Source: a virus
Taxonomy: Duplodnaviria > Caudoviricetes
Direction: 5' to 3' (one strand)
Virus record (IMG/VR): IMGVR_UViG_3300035208_007155
Span: 1-64,000 of that record
DNA: 64,000 nt
Part shown: one piece after another, positions 37,906 to 48,100 of the stretch
Position numbering within the stretch: the first letter of the stretch is position 1
How the letters are laid out: each line of letters starts with the position of its first letter
Translations under genes and position numbers: made by a program
Notes under the pieces: model-generated
Told to the model about the DNA's origin: nothing
Databases searched by the model: none
Seen by the model: the letters and a program-made list of their open reading frames with translations, nothing else

Positions 37906-38087
37906 TTTTTCTTCATCTTTTTTAGTCTTCTTTTTAATTTTGACCAGCCTGTGGGTGGGTCTTCACCATTATTGTATTGAGGTAGGGCACCAGGGCCTGC
38001 CACCATAGGGTTTTCTTTAGGGGGTGTTAAGCCGCCACCAACACCTCCTGTTTGCCCTACTTCCGCTAACCACGTTTTGAATCGCAT
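37902..38087 (-). CDS. Small protein with capsid-targeting-like N-terminus (MRFKTWLAE)
   Basis: N-terminal motif, Gly/Pro-rich body, basic tail. Confidence 0.7.
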   Translation of the reverse strand: MRFKTWLAEVGQTGGVGGGLTPPKENPMVAGPGALPQYNNGEDPPTGWSKLKRRLKKMKKN

Positions 38088-38090
38088 AAC

Positions 38091-38098
38091 CTATATAG
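38091..38098. promoter_or_regulatory. Palindromic CTATATAG bidirectional late promoter candidate
   Basis: Centre of a 15-bp gap between divergent ATGs. Confidence 0.65.
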
Positions 38099-38102
38099 TA
38101 TT

Positions 38103-38615
38103 ATGAAACACATCATTGAAATATTAGAAATTAAGCATTTGTCCAAAAACGGCACAGTGCTATGGGAAGCATATAATTTGCCAAATACATTACACATTAG
38201 TGGAGAACAGTTTATTTTGTTGGCCACATTTGTAGGAGGCATAACTAACACCTACATCCCAGCATCTTATTATTTTGGGCTGGACAATAGAACATCTTTA
38301 GATACTGCTGATACTCTATTGACAGCAGCAGCTACAGAACCTGCAACATATGGTTATAACAGAGCGGTAGTGGGCTCTAGTGGTCAGTTTATCGTATCTG
38401 TTGCTATGACTGGACATAATATAGCAACCAGCCCCATTGTAACATTTTCTGCTATAGGTGGGCCTTGGGGTCCGGTTAAAAATATGTTTTTATCCACCAC
38501 AGCTAATAACACCGGATATTTAATTGCTTCCGTACCCTTGTTATCCAGCATAACATTGAATGCTGGGGAACAAGTGAGTGCAAGAATTGGATTGGGATTA
38601 AAAGACTGTCCCTAA
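38103..38615 (+). CDS. Putative tail/baseplate structural protein
   Basis: TEP...GYNR.....WGPV..MFL...G.LIA pattern. Confidence 0.6.
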   Translation: MKHIIEILEIKHLSKNGTVLWEAYNLPNTLHISGEQFILLATFVGGITNTYIPASYYFGLDNRTSLDTADTLLTAAATEPATYGYNRAVVGSSGQFIVSVAMTGHNIATSPIVTFSAIGGPWGPVKNMFLSTTANNTGYLIASVPLLSSITLNAGEQVSARIGLGLKDCP

Positions 38616-39088
38616 ACTAAAGACTTTTGCAGCAATTCTATTGGTTTTATTTCCACAAAATGTAATACACTGATTTTTTTCACTTCGGTTTGATGAGAAA
38701 ATGACAGATAACCATCAGCCCCGCCATCAATTAAATCCAATAATTGATTTGGATTAGGTCGAGTGTTCTTTTCATACCATTTTGCTTTGGCATCTTCATC
38801 CATTGATCGCCACACATCATTAGGCATCAATTCTTTCCAATATTGATTACTTGTCGGTGGAATAGTAATAACGTGACCAGTTGGGGCTGGTTCTATTTTT
38901 TTTGGTTTACCATTATTGCGTAGAAGATATTTACAAAAGATTTCTTCTGCATCGTGTGGCAAACGTCCTTTTTTTACCCACACAGGGATACTCACACCAA
39001 CAACGGTGATAGAATTGCCATTATACAGTGCATATCGTTCCTCTCGGGTGAGAAAAACATTATGTGATATGGTTAGAATTATCGCCAT
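38612..39088 (-). CDS. Hypothetical protein
   Basis: Coupled to the nuclease gene; start placed at MAIIL. Confidence 0.6.
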   Translation of the reverse strand: MAIILTISHNVFLTREERYALYNGNSITVVGVSIPVWVKKGRLPHDAEEIFCKYLLRNNGKPKKIEPAPTGHVITIPPTSNQYWKELMPNDVWRSMDEDAKAKWYEKNTRPNPNQLLDLIDGGADGYLSFSHQTEVKKISVLHFVEIKPIELLQKSLV

Positions 39089-39864
39089 TGTTTTCCATTC
39101 GCATAGAAAGGACACATATTTTTCCAATCACAACGTCGGCAATGTTCCCCGACTTTGCCTCGGGCTTCATCGGGGGGCATTGCCTCTATTTGTTGATGAG
39201 TCTTCAACAAATGCTGTTCCACGTCCAGCAGCGACTGTTGGCCAAATCTGGCTCCTATGAGATCACCTCCCTCAAGATAATAAAGGGCTGCTTGGATATT
39301 CTCAGCGGGAACATTAAACTTCTTTTGTACAACTCTTGCATAACAACGCAACTGAATATCTTTTGTTATTGTCTGTGGAGTTTTTCTCCACATGCCTTTT
39401 TTGGTGGTTTTATAGTCAACAATCCAAAACTTATTGTCTTTTTCAATTAATCTGTCAATTACTCCCGTGATTAGCTTGTTATTGGGAGGATCAAGGTCAT
39501 AAGTAAACGCAAATTCCGTTTCCCCTGTAGTGCCCAGAATTTTAGTTATTTTTTCAATAGACCGCAAATGCCCAGGCATACGATCCTTATATTCTGGTGG
39601 AATTGGTGGACAATAAGATTTCTTACCAAATCTTTCTTCAATAGGAGTCTGTCCAGATAATATTTCCTTTGTTACTTCATTTAATGGTGTTTCGCCCTTG
39701 CGTTGCACATATATTTCTGCAATACGGTGAACTACCTTTCCGTACACAAAGTAAAAAGGTTCTGACACAGGAGAAGGTAGTTTTAGGTGATAACGACACT
39801 TATAAGAAAAAGGACATTGGTGGAAACAATCCGATCTACTGACGCTAATATGTTCTATATTCAT
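39079..39864 (-). CDS. PD-(D/E)XK RecB/Cas4-like exonuclease with Fe-S cysteines
   Basis: QCP; G.VVH; GVIDRL; IVDYKT; QLRCY; CRRCDWKNMCP. Confidence 0.9.
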   Translation of the reverse strand: MNIEHISVSRSDCFHQCPFSYKCRYHLKLPSPVSEPFYFVYGKVVHRIAEIYVQRKGETPLNEVTKEILSGQTPIEERFGKKSYCPPIPPEYKDRMPGHLRSIEKITKILGTTGETEFAFTYDLDPPNNKLITGVIDRLIEKDNKFWIVDYKTTKKGMWRKTPQTITKDIQLRCYARVVQKKFNVPAENIQAALYYLEGGDLIGARFGQQSLLDVEQHLLKTHQQIEAMPPDEARGKVGEHCRRCDWKNMCPFYANGKQWR

Positions 39865-40052
39865 TTAATTTCCTTTATAACAAATTTGTTTATTGATTTC
39901 AAGTAATTTTCAATATCTTTTAAATAATATCTTCTGTGCCCGCCCATAGTTTTCATGCTCATTAGTTTGCCAGAAAGCTCCCAATTACGAAGTGTATTGG
40001 TGGATACTCCAAGCATATCAGCCGCTTCTTTGGGAGAAATAAATTCACTCAT
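39861..40052 (-). CDS. MerR/excisionase-type HTH protein
   Basis: SPKEAADMLGVSTNTLRNWE..GKL....T.GGHRRY. Confidence 0.85.
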   Translation of the reverse strand: MSEFISPKEAADMLGVSTNTLRNWELSGKLMSMKTMGGHRRYYLKDIENYLKSINKFVIKEIK

Positions 40053-40099
40053 ATCTTAAATTTCCTCAAAAATTGAAATTTCCAATACTATATAATAGT

Positions 40100-40909
40100 A
40101 TGAGAAAATTAAATTACGAATATGTTAAAAAATATTTTGAAGAACAAGGATGCGTATTATTAGAACAAGAATATTTCGAAGCCCATGCCCACATGCAATA
40201 TATTTGCAGTTGTGGTTGCCAATCATCTATAACATGGGCAAACTTCAACAGCGGCTACAGATGTAAATCATGCGGTCATAAAAGATCAGCAGAGAAATAT
40301 CGTCTCTCTCAAGAATATATTTTGCAATATTTTAAAGATCGTGGATGTGTATTACTAGAAGAATATATTGACGCAAACAAACCAATGCAATATATTTGCA
40401 GTTGTGGGAATAAGGACAAAATACGATTTTCTAAATTTAAACAAGGACAAAGATGCCGAACATGTAAATATGAAAAAATCAGAGAGAAAATGAAGCAACG
40501 CAAGGGTACTTCAAATCCAAGGTGGAATCCAAACCGTGAATATGTACAATTGAATAAATTAATGCACATAAAATTCAGAAGTATGGTAGCAAATATATTG
40601 GACGCTACCGACAAGAGAAAGAATTGCAAAAGTGCGGAATTGTTGGGTTATACTAGACTGGAATTACAGGAACACCTGATGCGACACCCTAATTGGGATA
40701 ATATTAGGCATCATAAGTGGTCAATAGATCACATTTTCCCAATCAAGGCATTTTTAGAACACGGAATAACTGATCTAAAAATAATTAATTGTCTCGAAAA
40801 TCTGCGACCTATGTTGTGCAAGGAAAACATATCTAAATCTTCTAAGTATAACAAGGAAGATTTTCGATTTTGGCTAGCCACAAAGGGAATTGAAAATGCG
40901 GTCTACTAA
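40100..40909 (+). CDS. HNH homing endonuclease with repeated zinc-ribbon modules
   Basis: YICSCG...RC..C repeated twice; IDHIFP; NLRPM...EN..K. Confidence 0.8.
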   Translation: MRKLNYEYVKKYFEEQGCVLLEQEYFEAHAHMQYICSCGCQSSITWANFNSGYRCKSCGHKRSAEKYRLSQEYILQYFKDRGCVLLEEYIDANKPMQYICSCGNKDKIRFSKFKQGQRCRTCKYEKIREKMKQRKGTSNPRWNPNREYVQLNKLMHIKFRSMVANILDATDKRKNCKSAELLGYTRLELQEHLMRHPNWDNIRHHKWSIDHIFPIKAFLEHGITDLKIINCLENLRPMLCKENISKSSKYNKEDFRFWLATKGIENAVY

Positions 40910-41966
40910 TCAACACTATATAACAAAATCATATTTAAACAACTTTTGCCATCCTTCAATTGGGCAACATGCCCTCTATCCTTATCGTAAGAACGGCGGG
41001 GCATGTAAACCAAGAGGAACAAAACAGCTAGGAAGTGCTATTGATTTTTATGTCCAACGGATTAATGGTGAGTTAAATAATCAGTTAGATGAAATGAGAG
41101 AGATAAGTGAACGTCTTTTGTTTTGCAAGGATAAAAGTCATCCAAGTCCACTAACCAAGTGTGTGAAAGATACTGAGAAATCTTTTGTTCCTGACGATGA
41201 AGCGAAAGAGCATTTTGCTGGTGCTGCTGCCTTTTTGCACTGCGGATCACCAGTTCAAGTTCATAATTCGGCAATGACTGGGCTATGGGCGATGCAAGTA
41301 GAGATATTTAACAGAATAAACGCACCAGAAACGTTGGAATTTTATAAAGAGCGGTTTGGAGATGCGGCGGAAGCACAGAGAGACAAAGACCGTAAAGAAT
41401 TGTTGGCAGGGGAACTTGTTATTGATGTTGGCAACGAAAATCACAAACAACTTGGTTTTGAATCATTCCAATACCAAGAATTATGGATGGATTTTATGTG
41501 TGCTATGAGTTTGACTATTATGCACAGCCATCATTTTTTTATTACAAGCGACAATCCAGTTATTTTGTTTTCTCGATCAAAAAAAGGAATTGATAATGTG
41601 GGACTAAAAATGAGAGATGCCGAGATTTGGTTCCCAATTTCTTGGAACAAAGGGCTGCTCTGGAGGTGGGGCAAACATCCAACGCACCATCAGACAGGAT
41701 ATTCTGAAAATTGCGTCCTTAACCGAAGGGAAATTGATGGATGTTATAAATTTGTTTATTCGCCTTTGCAGTCGGATTGGTTGGAAAAAACTTCTCACCA
41801 GACCAATTTTAATCCTTTGATTGGATATTATGGATGTTTAAATAATTTCTTTTCTCATGCAAAGCCGTGTTATGACGCTCAAACTGGTGAGTTATTAGAT
41901 GGAGAAATAATAGAGGTATTCGCAGCGTTAAAGCACGCTAATAAACCAGATATTTTGGGCATTTAA
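40890..41966 (+). CDS. DUF4238-like protein
   Basis: QHYI.KSYL.NF; DFY; FITSDNPV; FPIS. Confidence 0.75.
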   Translation: MKMRSTNQHYITKSYLNNFCHPSIGQHALYPYRKNGGACKPRGTKQLGSAIDFYVQRINGELNNQLDEMREISERLLFCKDKSHPSPLTKCVKDTEKSFVPDDEAKEHFAGAAAFLHCGSPVQVHNSAMTGLWAMQVEIFNRINAPETLEFYKERFGDAAEAQRDKDRKELLAGELVIDVGNENHKQLGFESFQYQELWMDFMCAMSLTIMHSHHFFITSDNPVILFSRSKKGIDNVGLKMRDAEIWFPISWNKGLLWRWGKHPTHHQTGYSENCVLNRREIDGCYKFVYSPLQSDWLEKTSHQTNFNPLIGYYGCLNNFFSHAKPCYDAQTGELLDGEIIEVFAALKHANKPDILGI

Positions 41967-41992
41967 TTTTTTGTGAATACAATATATAATTT

Positions 41993-42451
41993 ATGCAATT
42001 TAAGGAATGGCTAGCTCGAAAAACTTATTATCATGGTAGTTTTGACAAACTGCCAAATGGCACTATTTTAAGGCCCAACCCCAATTACGTTCAGCACTGG
42101 GGCAAAAATTCATTTTATCAAATTTTAGAAAAACACCGCCCACCCAATATGATTTCTCACAAAAACGCTGTGTTTATGTGCGACAATTCAGATGATGTAG
42201 GGTTGGCAGGCGGTGCAGAACGTTTTATTTATGCTGTTCAGCCCCTTGGACCTGTTCAAAAACATGATCTCAATTGGTCGAGCGAAATCAGCATGCTAAC
42301 AGATATGTTGGCAAATGGAGAAGAAACTGATAAGGATTCTTTAAAAAGAGCAGCCGCCCATTATTGGCGTGGTGATCCACACCCCAACGAATCCGTCTGG
42401 GAATATCTCACAACCTACGCTGTTATTGTTGATTTAGTTGAAGAAGAATGA
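41993..42451 (+). CDS. ADP-ribosyltransferase-fold protein (Arr-like) with capsid-targeting-like N-terminus
   Basis: MQFKEWL; YYHGS....G.IL.P; AVFM; IYAVQPLG; WEYL. Confidence 0.6.
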   Translation: MQFKEWLARKTYYHGSFDKLPNGTILRPNPNYVQHWGKNSFYQILEKHRPPNMISHKNAVFMCDNSDDVGLAGGAERFIYAVQPLGPVQKHDLNWSSEISMLTDMLANGEETDKDSLKRAAAHYWRGDPHPNESVWEYLTTYAVIVDLVEEE

Positions 42452-42457
42452 TATAAT

Positions 42458-43492
42458 GTGCGTATGAAAATCTCTGCCGATAAGTTTATTGATTGGGCCG
42501 AAAGTCGCTTTGATTCTGTGCTGGTGCATGGAAATGAAGTCAAGTTAAATTCTATTTTCACGGATGACACCCACCACAAGCTTTGGTGCAACACCAACGG
42601 TGGCAAAAAAGGGCAACCGCCCTGCTTCCAATGCTGGAAAACCGGCAACAAAGGGTCGTTAATAAGTCTGGTTTGCTTAGTGGACAATTGTGACTATGAA
42701 ACTGCTCTTGAAGCTCTGGGTGGCGAAAACATTGTTCTTCTCAACCTTGAGAGAAAACTAAAAGAATTTTTTGATAATAAAAACAAAAAACCGGAGGAAG
42801 AACAAGAGGAAGAAGTTTCCAACACTCTGGCTCTGCCGCCTTTCAGTAGTTTAATTACAGAATTGCCGGTTTACAACTTCCATCGAGTACAAGCAGAGGT
42901 TTATTTGTTTGATCGTAGATTGCCAATAGAAGGATTATATGTGACCACAGGGGGTGGGCAATACAGGCAACGTGTGGTAATTCCTTATTATGACCGCAAT
43001 GGCATTTTAATTTATTTCAACGCACGATACATTGGTAAATTACCAAACGTCAACAAATATTTAGGACCAGACAAAAAAACAGGAGTCGGAAAAGAAGATG
43101 TAATTTACATGCCTAAATGGCCTTCATTTGGTTCTAAGGTTTATTTAACCGAAGGGGAGTTTGACGCACTCTCTATTTGGCAGAGTGGCAAGGGAGAATT
43201 ATATGCTGGGGCTTTTGGTGGCAAAAATCTTTCCGAGAAACAGGTAGAAATGATACGTCATTATTTGCCTGTTTTATGCCTAGATACAGACAAGGCTGGC
43301 AAAAGTGGTTTAACCAAAATGGCAATGATTTTACGATCCAAGGGGTTGACACCCACATTTGTTCGACCGCCAGCAATCTATAAAGACTGGAACGCTATGT
43401 TGCAAAAAATAGGATCAGAGGCTTTGGTGTTTTACATTCGATCAAAAGAAAAGCCTTTAGATGATGCCGCTTTGATGCGATTATTGGCCTAA
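42458..43492 (+). CDS. DNA primase (zinc-binding domain plus TOPRIM)
   Basis: FQCWK; RVVIPYY; FNAR; KYL; TEGEFDA; LDTDKAG; KDWN. Confidence 0.9.
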   Translation: MRMKISADKFIDWAESRFDSVLVHGNEVKLNSIFTDDTHHKLWCNTNGGKKGQPPCFQCWKTGNKGSLISLVCLVDNCDYETALEALGGENIVLLNLERKLKEFFDNKNKKPEEEQEEEVSNTLALPPFSSLITELPVYNFHRVQAEVYLFDRRLPIEGLYVTTGGGQYRQRVVIPYYDRNGILIYFNARYIGKLPNVNKYLGPDKKTGVGKEDVIYMPKWPSFGSKVYLTEGEFDALSIWQSGKGELYAGAFGGKNLSEKQVEMIRHYLPVLCLDTDKAGKSGLTKMAMILRSKGLTPTFVRPPAIYKDWNAMLQKIGSEALVFYIRSKEKPLDDAALMRLLA

Positions 43493-43800
43493 CGCAAAGA
43501 CATAGAAAATGCCGATTGGCCATTTTTTTGACCAAGGAACGTTGGTATTCTGGTGCTACGTTCTTCTCGCTCAAGTTTGTGAATTGCTGCCCAGAGAACA
43601 TCTTTAAATTCTGGGGTAGCTCGCTCAAGTGCTTCGTCTACACTTTTCCACGCACTGTCTGTTTTTGCATTTGCTGCAACGGCATACTCCAATTTTCCTT
43701 TTGAATCTCTTCGTATTATATAAAATGTTTTTCCGCTTAAAAAAGAGGTTTCCGTCTGTTCGTTTATTAGTTTTTCTAAAAACTCAAAGAATGTAAGCAT
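43489..43800 (-). CDS. Small protein with capsid-targeting-like N-terminus (MLTFFEFLEKLINE)
   Basis: N-terminal motif; CATATATAAA upstream. Confidence 0.65.
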   Translation of the reverse strand: MLTFFEFLEKLINEQTETSFLSGKTFYIIRRDSKGKLEYAVAANAKTDSAWKSVDEALERATPEFKDVLWAAIHKLEREERSTRIPTFLGQKNGQSAFSMSLR

Positions 43801-43836
43801 TATGATTTTATATATGAATACAACTCTAATAATTGC

Positions 43837-44268
43837 ATGAAAAACATAGAGTATTTTGTGGGTAAAATCTGTTCTGTTTTTACAACACCCCTCAACAGAG
43901 ATTTCAAATTAGAAGGACCAAACAGCCTTGAGCAATTATTGCACTATTTTTTAGGAACAATCGATTCAGTAGACGATCAGGGAATATTATTGTCACAACG
44001 CAATGGACGCAAAGCATATGTGTTCAAAAGCCACTTGGTTGCCATTGCTGAAGAAGAGGTGCTTGATCCTGACAATCCAGAAGACGCAAAAATTATCAGA
44101 GAAATGAAGCCCTTGTCAGGCAAAAAATTGCCGCAGTCTTTGGTGCCAACGGAAATACCCGTGCCCAAAAAAGAAATCACGGAGATAAAAGTGCCCAGTT
44201 TGTTGAATATTGATTCGATGGCTGCTATTGCCGATAACCTTAAAAAGAACTTTGGTCAAAATGTTTGA
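43837..44268 (+). CDS. Hypothetical protein, possible Sm/LSm-like fold
   Basis: FVGK.C.V...GTIDSVDDQGILL....KAYVFKSHLVAI. Confidence 0.55.
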   Translation: MKNIEYFVGKICSVFTTPLNRDFKLEGPNSLEQLLHYFLGTIDSVDDQGILLSQRNGRKAYVFKSHLVAIAEEEVLDPDNPEDAKIIREMKPLSGKKLPQSLVPTEIPVPKKEITEIKVPSLLNIDSMAAIADNLKKNFGQNV

Positions 44269-45106
44269 GCTTGAAAAACAAAAAATATATTTGCAGGATT
44301 GCCGCAACTTATCCGATCTAGTGCCCAAATCAATAGATTTCATCTTTACAAGTCCACCTTATTGGAATTTAAAAAAGTATGGTGGTCCCAATTCTATTGG
44401 TGAGTCAGAATATGAGCAGTATCTTGATGATATGAATGTGGTGTGGAATGAGTGTTATCGTGTATCCAAGCCCACGGCAGTATTAGTAATCAATGCAAAC
44501 ATTCGTCGTCATGAACGTAAATTATATCCTATTCCATTTGACATAGTTGCAAGAATGAAAGGGTGGACATTATGGGATGTGAATATATGGTTCGTTCCAA
44601 ATGCTCGCACACAATGCAAGACTTATATGGAAAGGCTACTAGACAATAAGTTTGAACACATTCTTGTTTTCACCAAAGATAATAATCAAGATTATCATTT
44701 TTCCAAACCAAGAATTGCACAAAAGGAATATCGCATTCGCAAACGATTTGGAAAAGAATACATAGAATATGATCGTAGGGAAAACAAAAAAAACAAGAAT
44801 GGGAGATGTGTTGGAAATGTTATCCGCATACCTGCTTATCGTCCACCTCCCATCAAGCAAATGAATTATCATGTCGCTGCTTTCCCAGAAGACTTAGCTG
44901 CTTTCTACATACAGCTTTATACAAAGGAAAACGATGTGGTTTTGGACCCATTTGTGGGCTCAGGTACGGTATTAAAGGTGTGTAGGACAATGAATCGCAA
45001 TGGTGTTGGGTATGAAATCAACACCAATTACGAAGATTTGATAAGAAATAGGATTATGGAAAAATTTACTGTTCCTAATTGGGAGGAATTGAATATTTTA
45101 ACATAA
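44261..45106 (+). CDS. DNA amino-methyltransferase (N4-C/N6-A, beta class)
   Basis: FTSPPY precedes HVAAFP and VLDPFVGSGT. Confidence 0.9.
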   Translation: MFELEKQKIYLQDCRNLSDLVPKSIDFIFTSPPYWNLKKYGGPNSIGESEYEQYLDDMNVVWNECYRVSKPTAVLVINANIRRHERKLYPIPFDIVARMKGWTLWDVNIWFVPNARTQCKTYMERLLDNKFEHILVFTKDNNQDYHFSKPRIAQKEYRIRKRFGKEYIEYDRRENKKNKNGRCVGNVIRIPAYRPPPIKQMNYHVAAFPEDLAAFYIQLYTKENDVVLDPFVGSGTVLKVCRTMNRNGVGYEINTNYEDLIRNRIMEKFTVPNWEELNILT

Positions 45107-45114
45107 ATAGACAT

Positions 45115-48100
45115 ATGGACAATAAAATGAAATTTTCACAATGGGCGAACCTTTCTCCCCACAAAAACCTGAAATTCCACAAATTCTGTCAATTTAAGGA
45201 ATTAGACGAAGACACTTTAACAGAGATGGCACGCCTCAGGATTACCCAGGGGATAGAACGCCCAGAATTTAGGAAAGTTCCATATCTTCTTGATGGATTT
45301 GTGATTTTCTGTTTATCACAACTACCGCAGTCGCTATGGTCTGAGGCGTTGACTTATTTACATGATTGGGGAATATACAAGGTTCAGCAAGAAATGAAAA
45401 ATGCTGGTATTCAGCCTCTTATGCGTGGAGAAACGTCCTATCTTGGTATCACAGGTGGAACACCAGAAGAAAAAGCAAAATATGATGAAGTACGCACTTA
45501 TTTGCTGAGGAAAAAACCATATGATTTCATTACATTATCAGGACACACATTTCTTGTTGTTAGTCCAAATAATTATCATCCTATTGCCTATATGTATATG
45601 AAAATAGACAATAGTGCCAACGATGAGGTGTTACAACACCAAGAAAGTCTCAGCAAAACAGACAGAATGGAATATGAGAAGGCAGGACATGGGCTGCATA
45701 GTGGGTTTTTAAATTCCTTCGATCCCCCCGAAAATAAAGATGGCACATACATACACCACGTATGGACAGGTTATAGAGGTTTAAATCAAGGGTCGGCTTC
45801 CAAGTGGTTGTCTCGATATTATGATAATTTGCATTGGTATCATATGGCATCTAATCAAGATATAGACGATCCAAACAAAGTACAAAAGAGAAGAGATCAA
45901 TACGAAGCCATCAAAAAAGACCCGTTATTACTTCATCCGAGAATAAAACAATCGGGGGCCACGCCCAGAAGAGAATCAGCATTGCCCATTCTTTCTGGAG
46001 GTATGTTGCAAAAAGATGTGGGAAAACTGAATGCTTATAGGAATGCCGTTGTCAATAATTCGATGAGTCAAAAGATGCGTGAAAAATGGCAAATAGTAAC
46101 CTCCCCAGAGGGACGTACCAACATAGAAATAGGTATAGCTGCGGGCCATAATCATGTGTTTAACACCTTTGAAATTCCGTTGCAAAAAGCCGCTCAAATT
46201 AAACAACTTTTGCAAAACCCAGAACTTACAACGCTTGCTACGAACGCAGGTAGTTATTCAACTTCAGAATATATTGCAGAAAAAGTTGGAATCGAAGGAA
46301 AGAAAGTTGGCAATTTCACCTATACTCCAAAACAAATTATTGATGCGATTGCAGCCGATACCAAAAAGTTCGATGCTTGCGTATATCCATATTGGGATTC
46401 AGCAGGCAAATTACACAGCAATTCCACAGAAGGGCAGCATCCATATGTTCAAACCAAAATTAAGGTGGCTCCCGAAAAGTTTATTCCAAAAGAATCCTAC
46501 ATGCAGCAGCACACACACCAATTGTTAGCTACAGTAGCAGAAGAGATGATAGATTCTTATAAAAAAGCTATAGACGGCAATGAAAATGAAGCTTCGGAAA
46601 CAAGAGTTAACCGACAGAAGTTTTTAATGCTTTTCAGAAACGCAGATATTAAGCCAGAAGCATCAGAAAACGGAGAGTACAGTCAAGATTTTCCAGCAGC
46701 CATCAGAAACTATGCCCAACAACTAAGAAATGCTGAGCCTAGAATTATGTGGCCAAAAGAATATGTCACACAAGAGCTTACAAATGCTGGCTACAATTTG
46801 TATGCATATAAAGCTAAAAATAAGGAACTTAAAACAGAAGCACAAGAAGAACCACAAGAACAAGAACCACAAGATATACAACAACCTAAACGAATTCAAA
46901 ACAAGTTAAAGAAAGACCCATCAGAAAAGAGAAAAAATAAAGATTGGACTCCGCTTATTGATGGTATGGAAACAGCTTTGTTGGCCAAATCATTTAAGTA
47001 TTGGTTGCAGTATTTAAGGGGACGAAAACAAGGAGAGTTTAACATGTCCGTACCTGCCCCAATGGCAGAACTCCCAAATAGCTTAAGTCAAGTTACTGAA
47101 TTATTACAAGAGTTTATTGATTTTAACAACAAAAAATCAAATCATATTATACAGAACACTAAAACCGCCAATGAATTTGATTATTCTTTAAACTTTATAC
47201 ATGACAAAGGAGAGGAGTATGTGTCCTCTGGATGGGATACGCAACGTGGCGATCCTCTCACTATTTATGGTGATGATGAGGACTATGCCGATCTTCTCAA
47301 AGTTTGCGATGAAACTTGGGTTATTCTCAAAGCTATGGCAGCCGTTAAAGGCTTTTTAATAGGAAGTTTACGAGACCAAAAGCTACAAGAGGAAGGACAA
47401 AATTCACAAAGCAAACTAACATCTATGCTACATCCTGACAACAGAAACATTCTTATAGCATTAGATGATGAGGTGGCAAGCGAAGCATTGTCTGAATTCA
47501 AACATACAAAAATAGGAATAAAGCCAGTGTTTAATTACCTGAGACTGAGAAGGAAGCTCATAAAAGAGGGAGGAAAAATCGATCAAGCAACCGGCGATTT
47601 AGAGAATGTTAGAAGAAAAAATCCGCTTGTTCAACATTTTGAAAAAGCCCAAACAGAATTTTTAACAGTATTACACGATAATGTTCAAAATTATGTAAAA
47701 CGATTGTGGCAATTGGATTTAGGATACGGCTCCAGAAGAACAGTGGGAAGAGGCCCAAAAACACAGCAAGGTGGCGAAATGTTTGATATAGGTGGGGGCA
47801 AAAAAGTAAGTGGCAAATCTAGTGAGCAAGAACAATTGGAATCTAGATATGGGGCGGCAGTAGCGTTTTTAATGGAGCCGAAAAAAGACCGATCTTTGCC
47901 GGAAAGAGGGAAAGAAATCGAAGGTCAAATATTTAGTACAAGTCTGCGACGACAAAAGGCAGAATCTGATGAACATATTAGAAAAGTACAAAATGGATTG
48001 TTGCAAATAGAAAAAGCAACAGGGGTGAGAGTTGATCGCAAAACGCCTGGATTTATAGATGAGGTTATGAGACTTGTTCAAGCTATGCATACTTCAAGGC

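Noticed and set aside
39079-39864. Cas4-like nuclease as part of a CRISPR-Cas system
   Set aside because: No cas1, cas2 or array; solo PD-(D/E)XK nucleases are common in phages.
39861-40052. IS607 element
   Set aside because: Only the HTH is present; there is no serine recombinase domain or tnpB.
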